DNA from: Lama glama | Lineage: Eukaryota | DNA: 63,773 nt | NCBI GenBank assembly: GCA_028534125.1 | Contig: CM052828.1 | Coordinates: forward strand, 53,196,228 to 53,260,000 | Direction: 5' to 3' | In this document: one piece after another, positions 26,701-38,460 of the stretch | How positions within the stretch are numbered: position 1 is the stretch's first letter | Layout of the letters: each line of letters opens with the position of its first letter | Program-made: the position numbers and the translations under genes | Notes under the pieces: generated by a model | The model's input: the letters and a program-made list of their open reading frames with translations, nothing else | Told to the model about the DNA's origin: nothing | Databases searched by the model: none

Positions 26701-27929
26701 AACTGTAGGCTTTTGCACTCAAATTGGTAGAATATTTCTGTGGAAAATGGGGTCAATTCTGTGTTTAAATGAACTGTTGTTGGATCTCTCACTTGACAAT
26801 CATTCTGTGATTTGAATGTTAAGTCCTATGACGCTCACACTCTCACACATACTAGTGTTTAGGCCACAATTGCATTTGCCTCTAAGTTGTACTTTGCAAA
26901 GTATGTATCGATGCTGCTGTGAAATACTGTGTCCTAGTGATGTGGAGTGGAGTATTTCTACTCATCTGCTTCCAGAATGCACATTATCCTGGAAGTAACC
27001 TGATGTCTTTCATGAAAAGTTCCTTAATAGCCACTAGCTCATTCAGGCACACGCTTAAACATTTTTTCCTGAAATTCTTTTATAAATCAACAGGAAGCCT
27101 TCTTTCCCGTTTTTATTATAAAGGGAGAAATGATGATAAAACCTAAACACACATTGTTATTTTAACATCTAGTCTTACATCTGTTAAGGAGTTGTGTTTT
27201 TACTTAAAAATATTTTAGCCAAGAATCAAAACCAGAGAATTACGCGTTTTCCAATCTTCTGTCCGTGATGGCTCTTTGTTAAAAAGCACACAGCAGAAAA
27301 CACCGTTAAACTCCTGTTGGCTTAAAAAGCCATGCATGAAGCCTTAAAAGCCTCAGCACTTAATTTTTTTTAATGGCTTAAGTAAATTGCTTGAAATATC
27401 TGTGCCAAACTTTTAAAAAGTACTTCTCACATCTTGCTTTTATAAGTAACTGTGGAATTAGACATACCATAAATTTGCTTTGTATTTTCTTAATGAGTTT
27501 GAAATTTCAGACAGCCTCTATCAGTTATAATGTCGATCGTATAAGGCTATTTCATTTCGGGTTGAAGAGACCCAGCCAACATTATGACTTTTTTTTTTCC
27601 TTAACTGCAAAAGTTGGATTGGAACAGGGACTGTTGAATTTGGAAAACGTCAGTTGTTTTGTTTTGTCTTCTTCCTTTTTTCCTGTTTATTTCACTTTGT
27701 GGTTGAGAATTGTTTTTTCCCCTTCAGACTTTTGCTCTCCCTCATCATTTGCTTTACAGTTTGCGCTAGGAAAGGGTGGTGGGCTTTTTGTCTTTGGGTG
27801 GCTTTTTTTTTTTTTTTTTGGCATATTCCTCTCTTTCCTCCATGTATTGTTGCTGACCAAATTTAAGACAGTACAGTGTTTAGGATCCCTGCAGGGCCAT
27901 TTGAAGTATTTGGACCCGTAAAGGGCCCT

Positions 27930-28500
27930 AAGCAGTAACTACCTGAATTGCTTTTAATTACACAATATAGCTGCATCATTTTACTTCAGGTTCTTTTTGA
28001 TTGATGCTGCAAGGCAATTGTAACCGCGGATGATGGGATTAAGTGCCTCTTGAAGTGACTTTAGCTTCTTGTGGGAACAAAGGGAAAGAGGAGAACACTT
28101 AGTCCCTTTTTGCCTGAGCNNNNNNNNNNNNNNNNNNNNNNNNNNNNNNNNNNNNNNNNNNNNNNNNNNNNNNNNNNNNNNNNNNNNNNNNNNNNNNNNN
28201 NNNNNNNNNNNNNNNNNNNNNNNNNNNNNNNNNNNNNNNNNNNNNNNNNNNNNNNNNNNNNNNNNNNNNNNNNNNNNNNNNNNNNNNNNNNNNNNNNNNN
28301 NNNNNNNNNNNNNNNNNNNNNNNNNNNNNNNNNNNNNNNNNNNNNNNNNNNNNNNCAGCTGTACCAATAAAACGCTTTGGAAAGTGGTTCTGATTAGACA
28401 AATGCTTGGTTTGGCTCTGTGGTTAGCTCTTGGTGTTTGCTCAAGACCTGGTGGTGTTTATAACAAACAACTTATATCTTTCTTTCTTAATTAGTGGGAA
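27930..28500. promoter_or_regulatory. Candidate conserved developmental enhancer (core masked 28120-28355)
   Basis: TGATTGAT (27998), GGATTA (28036), AACAAAG (28076) and CCAATAAAA (28364) flank a masked non-repeat block; function inferred only. Confidence 0.45.
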
Positions 28501-31479
28501 TTACTATGTAAATGTTGGTATTTTGTAATTTAATATCCTATGGTTTTCCCTGCCTTTGCGTTGTTATTGCAGTGTGCTGGTCTTGCTGGGAATGGGATAA
28601 ACTGAGTTTTTAGGTTTTGCTTCTTTGCTTTGTTTTCTTAAAATGCTGGATGCAATGGAGAACTACTACAAAGTTTGCTCTCTTATTTAGTTTTTGAACC
28701 AAAATAAATTTTGTATTTGAAACTTGTACTAAAGTCACAGAGACCTGGCAAGGGTAACCCAGTCAAACATAAACTAGCTGGTTTGCCCCATATGGACAGT
28801 CAGCATACTGCCGCATCCTCCAGCCTAACCCTAGCTAAGTGAGCAGAACTAGGAGGGACAGAAGTGACCATCGGGGTAAGGACCGATTTAGAGAGATGGA
28901 TGGCAATTGAATTCCCCCTGGAGATGCATCAAGGAGTTTGGGATTAGCAAAGAAATGTGAGCTCAGCTAAATGTGGAGTCAGCGAGAGATTTGGGAGGCA
29001 TAAATGGGAATGGAAAGAAAGGAGACGTGAGATGGAATAATGAAACCAGGGTGCCAGAGAGCACTTGGGAAGTGTGCCATGCAGGCAGAAGCTGAACTCC
29101 AACGTCAGTCTATTTAAGAGTGGATGTTTCCAGCCTCCTAACTTGCAGCTTGGAGTTCCTCTGTCCCCTGCTTGCATTTCTGAAACCAGAGTCAGAGGAA
29201 GAACCTTTTGGAGACTGTCCATATGATGCCATGATAACCTGTAACAAATTTTTGATCTCGAGTGGTCTGTCCTTGTCACACAAGAGATTTCTGAGCCACC
29301 TACTCTTAGTATATCATTTGTACATTCCAAAGGAAGACAAATATTAGTGTTACTCTAGGTAGAATATAATATTAGATAAGCTTTTAAAATTAATTAATGC
29401 ATTCGAAAGACAAATACAAAAGATTGGGTATCTTGGTCTCTGGATAACCTATTCCATCACTCTTTCCATGATCAAAGAAAACCTTGAATCAAGTCACAGA
29501 TAAGCTATAGCATAGATTATTATGGACATACAGCTTGTAGAAAGGATTCACCTCTTAGTTTTTAATTTAATTTCCTTTGTATGTACAATAAAAGTGTTAC
29601 TGTCTGAGTTTGACCAATTCATTCCACAGGAAACTAAGTAACAATACATATTCAAAAAGAGAGGATTTAGAGGGAACTAAAAATAAAAGGAAAAGAAGCA
29701 GTTTTGCACTTTGAACTGGTGCATTGCTAAGTGTGGCACTGAATTAAGAAAAAAATCTTCAGCTCCCCTAAAATTAGATGAAGTTCTAGGAAGTCTTGCC
29801 TTAAATATTTAAAGGAGCTAATGCCTGTAGCACATTTAAACATACTTTAAAAAAAAAAACTATGTTAGAAAAAGCCTTCATAATCACATCCATATGTTTA
29901 GTTTTAATTTTCATCACACTTAGCTCTGAATAATTAAGAAGGAAAAAAACAATCTTAGTCTTATTGTGGGTCCCACACAATCAAAGCCACACACACGTGA
30001 TTTGTGATCACAGCTTGTATTCACAGCTTTCGTGTGTGTGGTGTGGGTCTGGCAATTAGACTCAGACTGTGTTTTTCCTAAAAATTATTTACTCAAGAGA
30101 GAGCAATATTAAATTTTCCCCCAAATCTACAAATCAGGATAATCAAAGGACTATAGCTAACAAAATATCAAAATTCAAAGCTATGTAACATTTTGGCCTC
30201 ATTTAATTGAGATTGGCACTTGAAAGGAATTTTTGAGAGAATCTAGGAAGAAAACAGAGATTCCATTAACCCAGATAATTTTCATGACAGCTACCAAAAA
30301 AAAAAAATTAGGATGTGGAGAGAACTATTTTCTCAAAATTGCAGATCCATTTTATGGAGAAAAAAAATTCTCCCATGATTACTTTCATATCAAAGAACTC
30401 GGTCATGGGGGAGATGCATAATTTGACACATTTAGCAGCCTTTGAGCTTTTGAAGGACTCTGTAAAAGAATCCATGGTTACTTCTGTCAGGTTGACAGTC
30501 TTCTTTTGTGACCTTTAAAAAAAAGTTAAGGAGAAATTGATCTTTCTATTTTACATTTGCTCAATTACTTTTAAAAAGAACCTTTAAAGTCACTCCCAAG
30601 CCAGAAAATAATCATCTTAGCTTTAAATTTATTATTTTTTGAGATAGGGTAAGCCAGCACTAATGGAATCTCTAAATGGAGAAGTTTTGTGAATGATGTT
30701 TTTTGTGAAATTTTCTGATGGTCCTATGGTAATAATATTTCCTATACTCTCCACAGACTGTTTTAATACATTAACTACTAAGTATTGTCGTTTCTGCAAC
30801 TCGTTTTAGAATCAGATCTTCTTAGGCAGGAATGCCAACAAGGAACAGTCTAAATAGAAGGCTCTGCTCTGGATGTTCGGCTTTGGCCAGGAGTGGAACA
30901 GGTACACTCTTTATTCCATACACTGAGTTTCACGATCCAGAACCCCATATCGTCTCTGCAGAGGCAAAGGAAAGTTGGCTGGCATGTCCTTTAGGTTTGA
31001 ACTGCAATTAACCAAAAGTGCCCACGTCTGTGCTTGGTGGGTGCTCCCTCTCGTAGTTCCCAACACTGGGAAATCCATCTATCAGATCGCTACGGGTAGA
31101 GGGTCCTGAGCACCATTCCTGGACCAAGTTCTCAGCGACATCAACAGTTAACTATTAATGAACAACATCCTTGGACTTCTTTGTGTTTCCAGGAGCCCCG
31201 GGTTGAAGCAGCCCAGAAACAGAAGAGATGCTAATCGCATTGTGTTATTAAACGTGTTCAGTGAAGGAGTGCAGGTTTCCCTCTTGACCTCAGTGTCACT
31301 CCAGGGGAAAAAAATCCCTCCAGTTTTCTGTTCAGATAAAACCTCTGCTCCTCCTCTTCTTACCAACAGTAGAGCAAGAAAGTAGGATTATGGTGAATGC
31401 CCACTAACAGGCACATGCTCTGTTGTCATCCACTCTTCAACAGGCATCAAGGAGCTTTGCAGCACAGCAAAGCCCCGCT

Positions 31480-31640
31480 CCTCTCCTCTTTGCTCCTCCC
31501 ATCCCCCACTCTCCCTCTGGGCCCTCATCTCCGCCCTTCTTCCCTCCCACTTCTTTTGCCCCTACTTTCCTCCGGGCCCATCCTTACTCCTCCCTCCTCT
31601 CCTTTTCCTCATTCTCTTCCTCTCCTTCACCCTCCTTATC
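31480..31640 (+). repeat. CT-rich low-complexity polypyrimidine tract
   Basis: ctcctccctcctctccttttcctcattctcttcctctccttcacc. Confidence 0.8.
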
Positions 31641-32152
31641 GTCCACTGGGCTGACTCAGGCTCAGTTTGCATCGAACTCTTCTTCATTTGCCTTTTGGAA
31701 AAATGACAGCATTGCCCTAAGAGGGGCTACCGAGCCCCCAAGTGCCTCGGGGTGAGTGGCCCCGCTGCCACATATGTGTATAAGGACTGATCCATTTGGG
31801 ATATAAACCCATAAACATGAATCTGTTTCCATGGAAAAGTTGCCCTCTTCTTTGGGGCCCATCAATGATCACGCAGTTGTATGGGGTTTGCCTTGTTCCT
31901 GGGACTTACCGCACCTGTACACCCACCCGGAGAACTACAGTCCTGTGGCTGAGCAAGCGGATTCAGTGACCAGCAAGGGTCTGCTAGGCGCAGAGCGTTT
32001 TGCCCACATTTGCTCAGTCCATGGCGCAGGAACCATCTTGTGGTGGACTCAGTGTTTGTTGAATGCATGATTGAAACTGAATTTGATGTGTACATTTGTA
32101 TTTATGAACTGATGGCTTAGAGAGGACAAGTGAAGCAGATTTGTTACGTTTA

Positions 32153-32444
32153 ATTTTTTTTTACTGTGGTAAAATATATGTAACACACAGTTTACCATTT
32201 TAAAGTGTACCATTCTGTGTCTTTAAGTGCATTCTCATTGTTGTGCAACTGTCACCACCATCAGTCTCCAAAACTTTTTCATCTTCCCGAACTGAAACTC
32301 TGCCCATTAATCAATAACTCCTTTCCCTTCCCCCTCAGCATTCTGCTTCCTATCTCTATGAATTGACTGCTTCAGGTATCTCACAGAACTGGAATCACAC
32401 AATATTTGTCCTTGTGTGTCTGGCTTATTTCACTTAGCATAATG
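32153..32444 (-). mobile_element. LINE-1 3' end, L1MB-like
   Basis: ttttactgtggtaaaatatatgtaac...ctgaaactctgcccattaa...ctggcttatttcacttagcataatg. Confidence 0.88.
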
Positions 32445-33849
32445 AGTGACTTCAGTTTTTTTATATAGGTATTTGTTTGCTTTCTTACACTGTGTGAAAA
32501 AAGACTTCCATCACTGGGGTCATTTGTTTTGCCCTTTGGAATTCTGTTGGTCTGAGGAGGAAGAGTGAAGCATTGAAACAGGGTGACACAAATTTTACCA
32601 AACTGGGCAAAAATAAGGGTTCTGCTTTTTTCTCTATTTCTGCTAAATCTGTCCCTTATTCGACACTCACCTCTTTTCCTGGGGTTTCCATAGCAAGGAT
32701 AGACCAGGAGGGAAGTTCCTCACCAGCATCCCTCCTTATACATGACACCCCACAAGCCCATGGGTCTCCCCATCCTATGCCCCGAATCCTTCCTTAGACA
32801 TGAACCCCCAGTGGACCACAAACTGCTGTCCTGTGTGTGTCTGTTTTGGACACAAAAGGCTATCTCTTCCTTTCAGTACAAAATGGAGCACTTGATTAAG
32901 GTGTGATGTAATTGCTTCATGAGAGAGTTTGCCCTGAAAACATCTTATTGGCTTTTCTGAAGCAGGCTACATGCTTGTTTGTATTTGCACCACATGCTAA
33001 TCTCACGAATGGCCCTGTTCTGCCAGTGGGAGGACAAATAGCTGTTCTTTTGCTCTCGTGCCCATGGAAAGCTTCCCACTTCTCCTTGCCCTGTTGCCGT
33101 GGTAACCAAAGCAGAGTTCTTCAAAATAGGGTGGAATCTCTCTGGGCAGTTGGGAACTTAGCAAAGTGAGAACATACATCGGCCTCAGTTTTTACAGGTG
33201 CCGGTATAAATACCTTGTTATTAATGGTCGTAAGAGTGGCTGAAATTTGTAGGTGAGTTTTACTTTCGTTTGGTGGGGTAGGAAAGGGTCAACGAGTGGG
33301 CTCTTACCTTCACTCTAGTCCCACAGATACTCTCATGAGCATCAGAATTGTCATATAAGGTCAGACCATGAGCCTCACAACATAGAACTCAGTTTTCCCC
33401 AGTATATATAATTGCAGTATATAGAGTAGGCAGTGACAGAGCATAGTTATGCTCCTCCGACCTCCTCAAAGGATCGAAGATACAGCCCCAAATAGAGGAA
33501 TCCTTTAAGAATTAGGATTTGTGCATGCTTTTCTGTAAGAAACTTTTATTTTCAACCTTTATCAGCTCTTAGGGTCAAAAGAACTTAAAGAGTCATATCA
33601 TTTCTGTGTGGTATCCTAGATGGAAATTCACTGATGTATTATTTCAAAATGATGCTTTATTTGTTTTCTGATTATTTCTTATGTTTATGAACAAATGGGA
33701 ATTTACCAAAATGTATCAGAGTTTGTGGAGGCAGTTTCTAAAGGGCAGAGGCACACAAAAGATGATTCTTTTTTTCTGGTTCAGAAACACCCCTGTAGTG
33801 GTAACTGGACCTGAATACAGCATAAAATATTTTAAAATAATGTTTAAGT

Positions 33850-34323
33850 GGAAATGGAAAGCAGTATGGTGTTTCCTCAGAAAATTAAATATAGAATTAC
33901 CAGCAATTCTGCTTCTGGGGATATACCCTAAAGAATTGAAAGCAGGGTCTTGAAGAGATATTTATTTATAGCAGCATTATTCACGACAGTCAAAAGGTGG
34001 AAATAACCCAAGTGTCCATCCATTTGTTTATGAATAGATAAACAAAATGTAGTGTATACATACAGTNNNNNNNNNNNNNNNNNNNNNNNNNNNNNNNNNN
34101 NNNNNNNNNNNNNNNNNNNNNNNNNNNNNNNNNNNNNNNNNNNNNNNNNNNNNNNNNNNNNNNNNNNNNNNNNNNNNNNNNNNNNNNNNNNNNNNNNNNN
34201 NNNNNNNNNNNNNNNNNNNNNNNNNNNNNNNNNNNNNNNNNNNNNNNNNNNNNNNNNNNNNNNNNNNNNNNNNNNNNNNNNNNTGTTTAATGGGCTCATG
34301 GTTTGGGAAGATGAAAAGTTCTA
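33850..34323 (+). mobile_element. LINE-1 fragment, L1MB-like (partly masked 34067-34283)
   Basis: ttcctcagaaaattaaatatagaattaccagcaattctgcttctggggatataccctaaagaattgaaagcagggtct. Confidence 0.88.
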
Positions 34324-34350
34324 TCATTTTACACCTCTGCTGGTCAAATG

Positions 34351-34520
34351 TTATTTTTTTATTGTGGTAAAATGCACAATAAAATACACATAAAATTTAT
34401 CATTTTAACCACTTGGAAGCATACAGTTCAGTAGCATTTAGTGTATTCCCTTTGTTATGTAACCATCACCACCATCCATCTCCAGAATGTTTTATCTTCC
34501 CAAGCTGTGAGCCATACCCC
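34351..34520 (-). mobile_element. LINE-1 extreme 3' end, L1MB-like
   Basis: ttttttattgtggtaaaatgcac...aaccatcaccaccatccatctccagaatgttttatcttccc. Confidence 0.85.
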
Positions 34521-35074
34521 TCACTGCAGAAGTCAGTCCCTAAAGAGGAGGAGGCCAGGCAGAATCTTCCCCAGTTTCCTCACTCGTGCTCTGCCCCACC
34601 AAGCTTCTCTCAGCATCTGAAGGGCTTTGTCCCTGCTGCCGTCAAGGACTTCTTTATTTCATGTCCCCTGTCCTTGCTCACGCTGTCTCCTGGGAGCTCG
34701 ATGTTTGGACCCAAGCTGTTGGAAATTAGCATACTTACTTCTGTTCACTATGGACTTGATCTTAGAATCTAGTTTGAACTCCAAGCTCAGCAGAGACTTC
34801 TTGGTGTTCACCCCCTACCACTCAAAGCCTGAGGGGACAGCTACTGATTCAGTGGGTGGGAATGTGGAGCATCATGGTTTCCAAGCAAGGAGAACTGCCA
34901 CTCCTCTCAACGTTATCGTTCCCAGTCACTTGATTAGTAGGAAGTTGCATAATTGGTACGAAACTCCCCTGCCTAAATATGGTAGGATTACACGCTGGCA
35001 ACTTTTAAAGTCCGACAACCCCAGATCCTTGCTAGGATCAATACGACGCTTTAGTGGTACTTGCAGACCCTGGT

Positions 35075-35252
35075 GCAGAGGTTCTCATCCTTGGCTGCAC
35101 CTTGGAGTCTCCCTGGAAGCTTTAAAGAAACATTGATGCCTGGGACTCACAGCAAGGCTCGGATTTAATTGGGTTGGAGTGTGGCCTGGGTTTTTTTCTT
35201 TTTCTAAGTTCCCCAGGTGATTGTAATGTGCAGCCAAAGTAGAGACCTCTGT
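35075..35252. mobile_element. MER5A-type hAT MITE
   Basis: cagaggttctcatccttggctgcac...ttccccaggtgattgtaatgtgcagccaaagtagagacctctg. Confidence 0.8.
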
Positions 35253-35310
35253 ACTAGCAGCTATCAGCTAAGTAAAGAAACCACTAACTTGGGTTTGAAG
35301 TTACACACCA

Positions 35311-35594
35311 ACAGACTCACAGACGTAGAAAACAAACTGATGGCTACTAAAGGCGAAAGGGAAGAGGGGGATAAATTAGGAGTTTGGGATTGGCAGATAG
35401 AAACTATACATACAAAATAGATAAACAACTAGGTCCTACTATATAGCATATAACTATATTCAATAGTTTGTAATAACCTATAATGGAAAATAATATGAAA
35501 AAAGAATATATATATATGTATAACTGAATCACTATGCTGTGCACCAGAAACTAATACAACACTGTAAATCAACCATACTTCAATTAAAAAAAAA
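35311..35594 (+). mobile_element. 5'-truncated cetartiodactyl-type LINE-1 3' end
   Basis: acagactcacagacgtagaaaacaaact...ataactgaatcactatgctgtgcaccagaaactaa...tacttcaattaaaaaaaaa; same family as 9478-10118. Confidence 0.9.
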
Positions 35595-35924
35595 CCTCTA
35601 TAATGAATAAATAAAAACTTGCAAGAATGCTTAAAAAAAGAAGTTACAAACCAAATTGTAGATCCTCAAATGGACATGAGATTAGTTGATTATTGCTGCT
35701 ATTTCAAATATTGTTAGCAGTTTGTCAATTTTATCAGAATGGTTTTTCTTTAAACATGAATTTTTTTCCAAGTTTGCTGCATTTTCAGTTATGATCTTAT
35801 TACTTTCAAGCATCTACTTGTGTATAATGGTAGTATATGACTCACTTAAAAGAAATTTTTTGTTGGAGCAAAATTTCCTGCATTAGGGCAGTGGCTACAC
35901 ATTGAGATCATCTAGCATCTAGTG

Positions 35925-36305
35925 CAGTGGTCCTTCAACTTGGCTACACATCTGCGTCAACCAGGAGGCTTTTAGGAGTCCCAGAGCCGAGGCCTTACGC
36001 CAGACCAATGACCAAACTTTCTGTAGCTGAGCCGACTTTAAAGCTCCCCAGGTGATTCCACTATGCCCCCAAGTTTGAGTCAGCCTAGAACAGCGTTCTC
36101 AGCCGTCCATGAGATAAACATGCCCTGGGGGTTTGTTAATATGCAGCTTCTAATTCAGCGGGACTGGGCTGGGGTCCCCAGACTCTACATTTCTAACAAG
36201 TGCCCATGTATGATGGTAGATTGCACTGGGTGGGGTTCAGAATTTGACAATTTTTCAAAGCTCCCCTGGTGATAGTTTTATTGAGTTCTGGGTGGAGAAC
36301 GCTGG
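35925..36305. mobile_element. Adjacent MER5A/MER5B-type MITEs
   Basis: cagtggtccttcaacttggctacac...aagctccccaggtgattcc; cagcgttctcag...tctacatttctaacaag...aaagctcccctggtgat. Confidence 0.7.
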
Positions 36306-37924
36306 CAGCAGTAAGAACTAGCTATGCCTGCTATGATATAAATGGTTAATGAATGGCATTAGGCGGAGGAGGAAAGGGAGATTACCAAAACAAGGCCAGG
36401 ATGGGGACCCCCCACCCCCACCTCCCATCAGAACCTCTCCGGGATGTCTTATCTTAAAAAAAGTCCCTCTGTAGAGAGAACTCACTCACCATGAGGCTAC
36501 CAGATTTTTTTAACTCATCTTAAGCCCCTATTTTGCATATTGTTTGAATGTATTTACATGTTGACTATCAAGAGGCCTTAACTCCAAATATATAAGATAA
36601 AATAAAATAAGTTAGATCTTGCACCTACTGCAGTTGTATTCATATGCAGTAGTCAGTGCTGAACACAACTCAAGTAGGGAACAGATTTTGAAACAGCCAG
36701 AGATGGGGGAAGGAGAGGACACACCAGCACTGTGGGAAGAGGGAGGCTTGGGGAGCCACGACAGGCTTCTGCCACCTGCCCAGCGACAGCCCCCTCCGGG
36801 ACCTCAGAGTCTGCAACGGAACCCAAAGGCCAGACCCCCTCTACACTTTTCTTCTTATTATTCCAATCACTTTCGCTGCCTTTGATCTTTCTTCTTGAAG
36901 CTTCATTCTGTACAGGACTTTAGCCTTCCTGAGCTGCTAGCAGGCCATCCTCTGGGTGATCCCCCCGGGCCTTCCTGGCATGCCCTGTTCCTCTTGTGTC
37001 GCCTCCCTCCAGTGCTCAGCACAGTGCGGGTCAGGGCCACTGCATGCGGTTGTGCAGGGTGTGTCCTGGTTGGGGCGCCTGCCGAGGCCACACGTGGGGC
37101 TGAGCTTCAGCTGGTCTCCAGTCATCAAAGCTGCGCTTCAGGAGCAAGAGGTGCCTCTTTGCCCTTCCACCTGCTGGCAGGCTTGACGGGGCACCTTTTT
37201 CTAATTTGCACAGAGGGGCCTGCCAGCTGTGCTGGTGGAGGCCCGGTGCAGGTCACCCAGTGGGTGCGTCCTAAGTGCTCACTGATTGTACGAACGAAAG
37301 AACAAAGTGGAGGCAGTGAGGATAAGTAAGAGGCTTCCACAGTCATCTAGGTAAAGGTTAACGAGCCCTAAACTAGGACATCAAATGTATTTACAGAAAA
37401 GAGGAGATAAACATAAAAGAAGCAACAGGCCACGCGTTGGGGTAAAGCTCCACAATGGCGAAGGAGAGAGGGAATAAAAATGACCTCCTACCTGTAGTCA
37501 CCACTAAAATTGGACTCTTGCCCAAGAAAAATATGGACAGTATGGGTTGCAGATCAGTCCTACACACTCACTTCCGGAGAAATGGCTTTGGTTGGGTGAC
37601 AAGGTAGCAGAAATTGCACACCTCACACGTGCAAGACCCTGTGCTAAGCAACGTGGGGGAGACGTAGGGTCACCTCTCCCTCAGCAAGCTTGTGATCTCA
37701 CTGAGGGCGTTTGTGTCCAGTAAGGTTCCTAATGCTGGGCTATGCTGAGCAGCTTTGCGCACGGGTGACAGTCAGACGGTCACAGTAGCTGTGCGTGTAC
37801 ACGCTGCCCTGCTGCCTGTGGGGAGCTCCCCCCGTGTGAGGCAGCGGTTATGCTGCTTCTCACCCAAGAGGAAACTGACCTGTCTTGCGTGCTTCTCACT
37901 CCACCTTCTGACTGCCATTCACAA

Positions 37925-38013
37925 TATTGCTTTGAACCACGTAAAACTAGCATTTTTATGGGTCAAAATGGTCAAATATCAGCAATGTCATATAGGTGGT
38001 TCTTACCCACTAT
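37925..38013. mobile_element. MADE2-like mariner MITE
   Basis: ttgaaccacgtaaaact...ggtcaaaatggtcaaatatcagcaatgtcatatagg matches the recalled ~80-bp palindromic MADE2 consensus. Confidence 0.75.
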
Positions 38014-38460
38014 AGTGTGCTGCCATTTGAGGTCGTTTAAATGATTTAATTGGTTTGTTTTAAGCCAGTTAGAAAAGGATTTTTTTAAAGAGTGATGCTC
38101 TTTCTGATAAATGTGCGAAATAGGAAAGAAGTGTGCAGAAGCAGAAAACTCTTCATCTCAAATTCTACAGTTCAGTGGCTTCCCTAATAACGCTTTGATG
38201 TATTTCTTTTCAGATATTTTTCTCTGCATTTTTTAGAAAGCTGATATGTTATTGCATATATAATGTTATATCCTCTGTTTAAAAAGAACAATCTTCATAC
38301 AACATTAAATATTTTATAAACACGGTTTTTAATGAAGGCATAATATTCCATTGACTGTAGGTACCATAATTCATCCTATTGTTGACCTAAAGATTGTTTT
38401 CAATTCTTAATATTATATATATCTAGTTTTATTTCTGATCATTTTCTTAAGATAGAGTCC

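Noticed and set aside
27391-27921. 176-aa hydrophobic ORF resembling a membrane protein
   Set aside because: Phe/Leu richness comes from T-rich low-complexity DNA; non-ATG start and no recognisable domain.
34627-35136. 169-aa ORF
   Set aside because: Non-ATG start, no homology recognised, ends inside a MER5A element.
37161-37181. CTCF-like site (reverse strand CCAGCAGGTGGAAG)
   Set aside because: Mismatch at a high-information position; not supportable without a PWM scan or ChIP.
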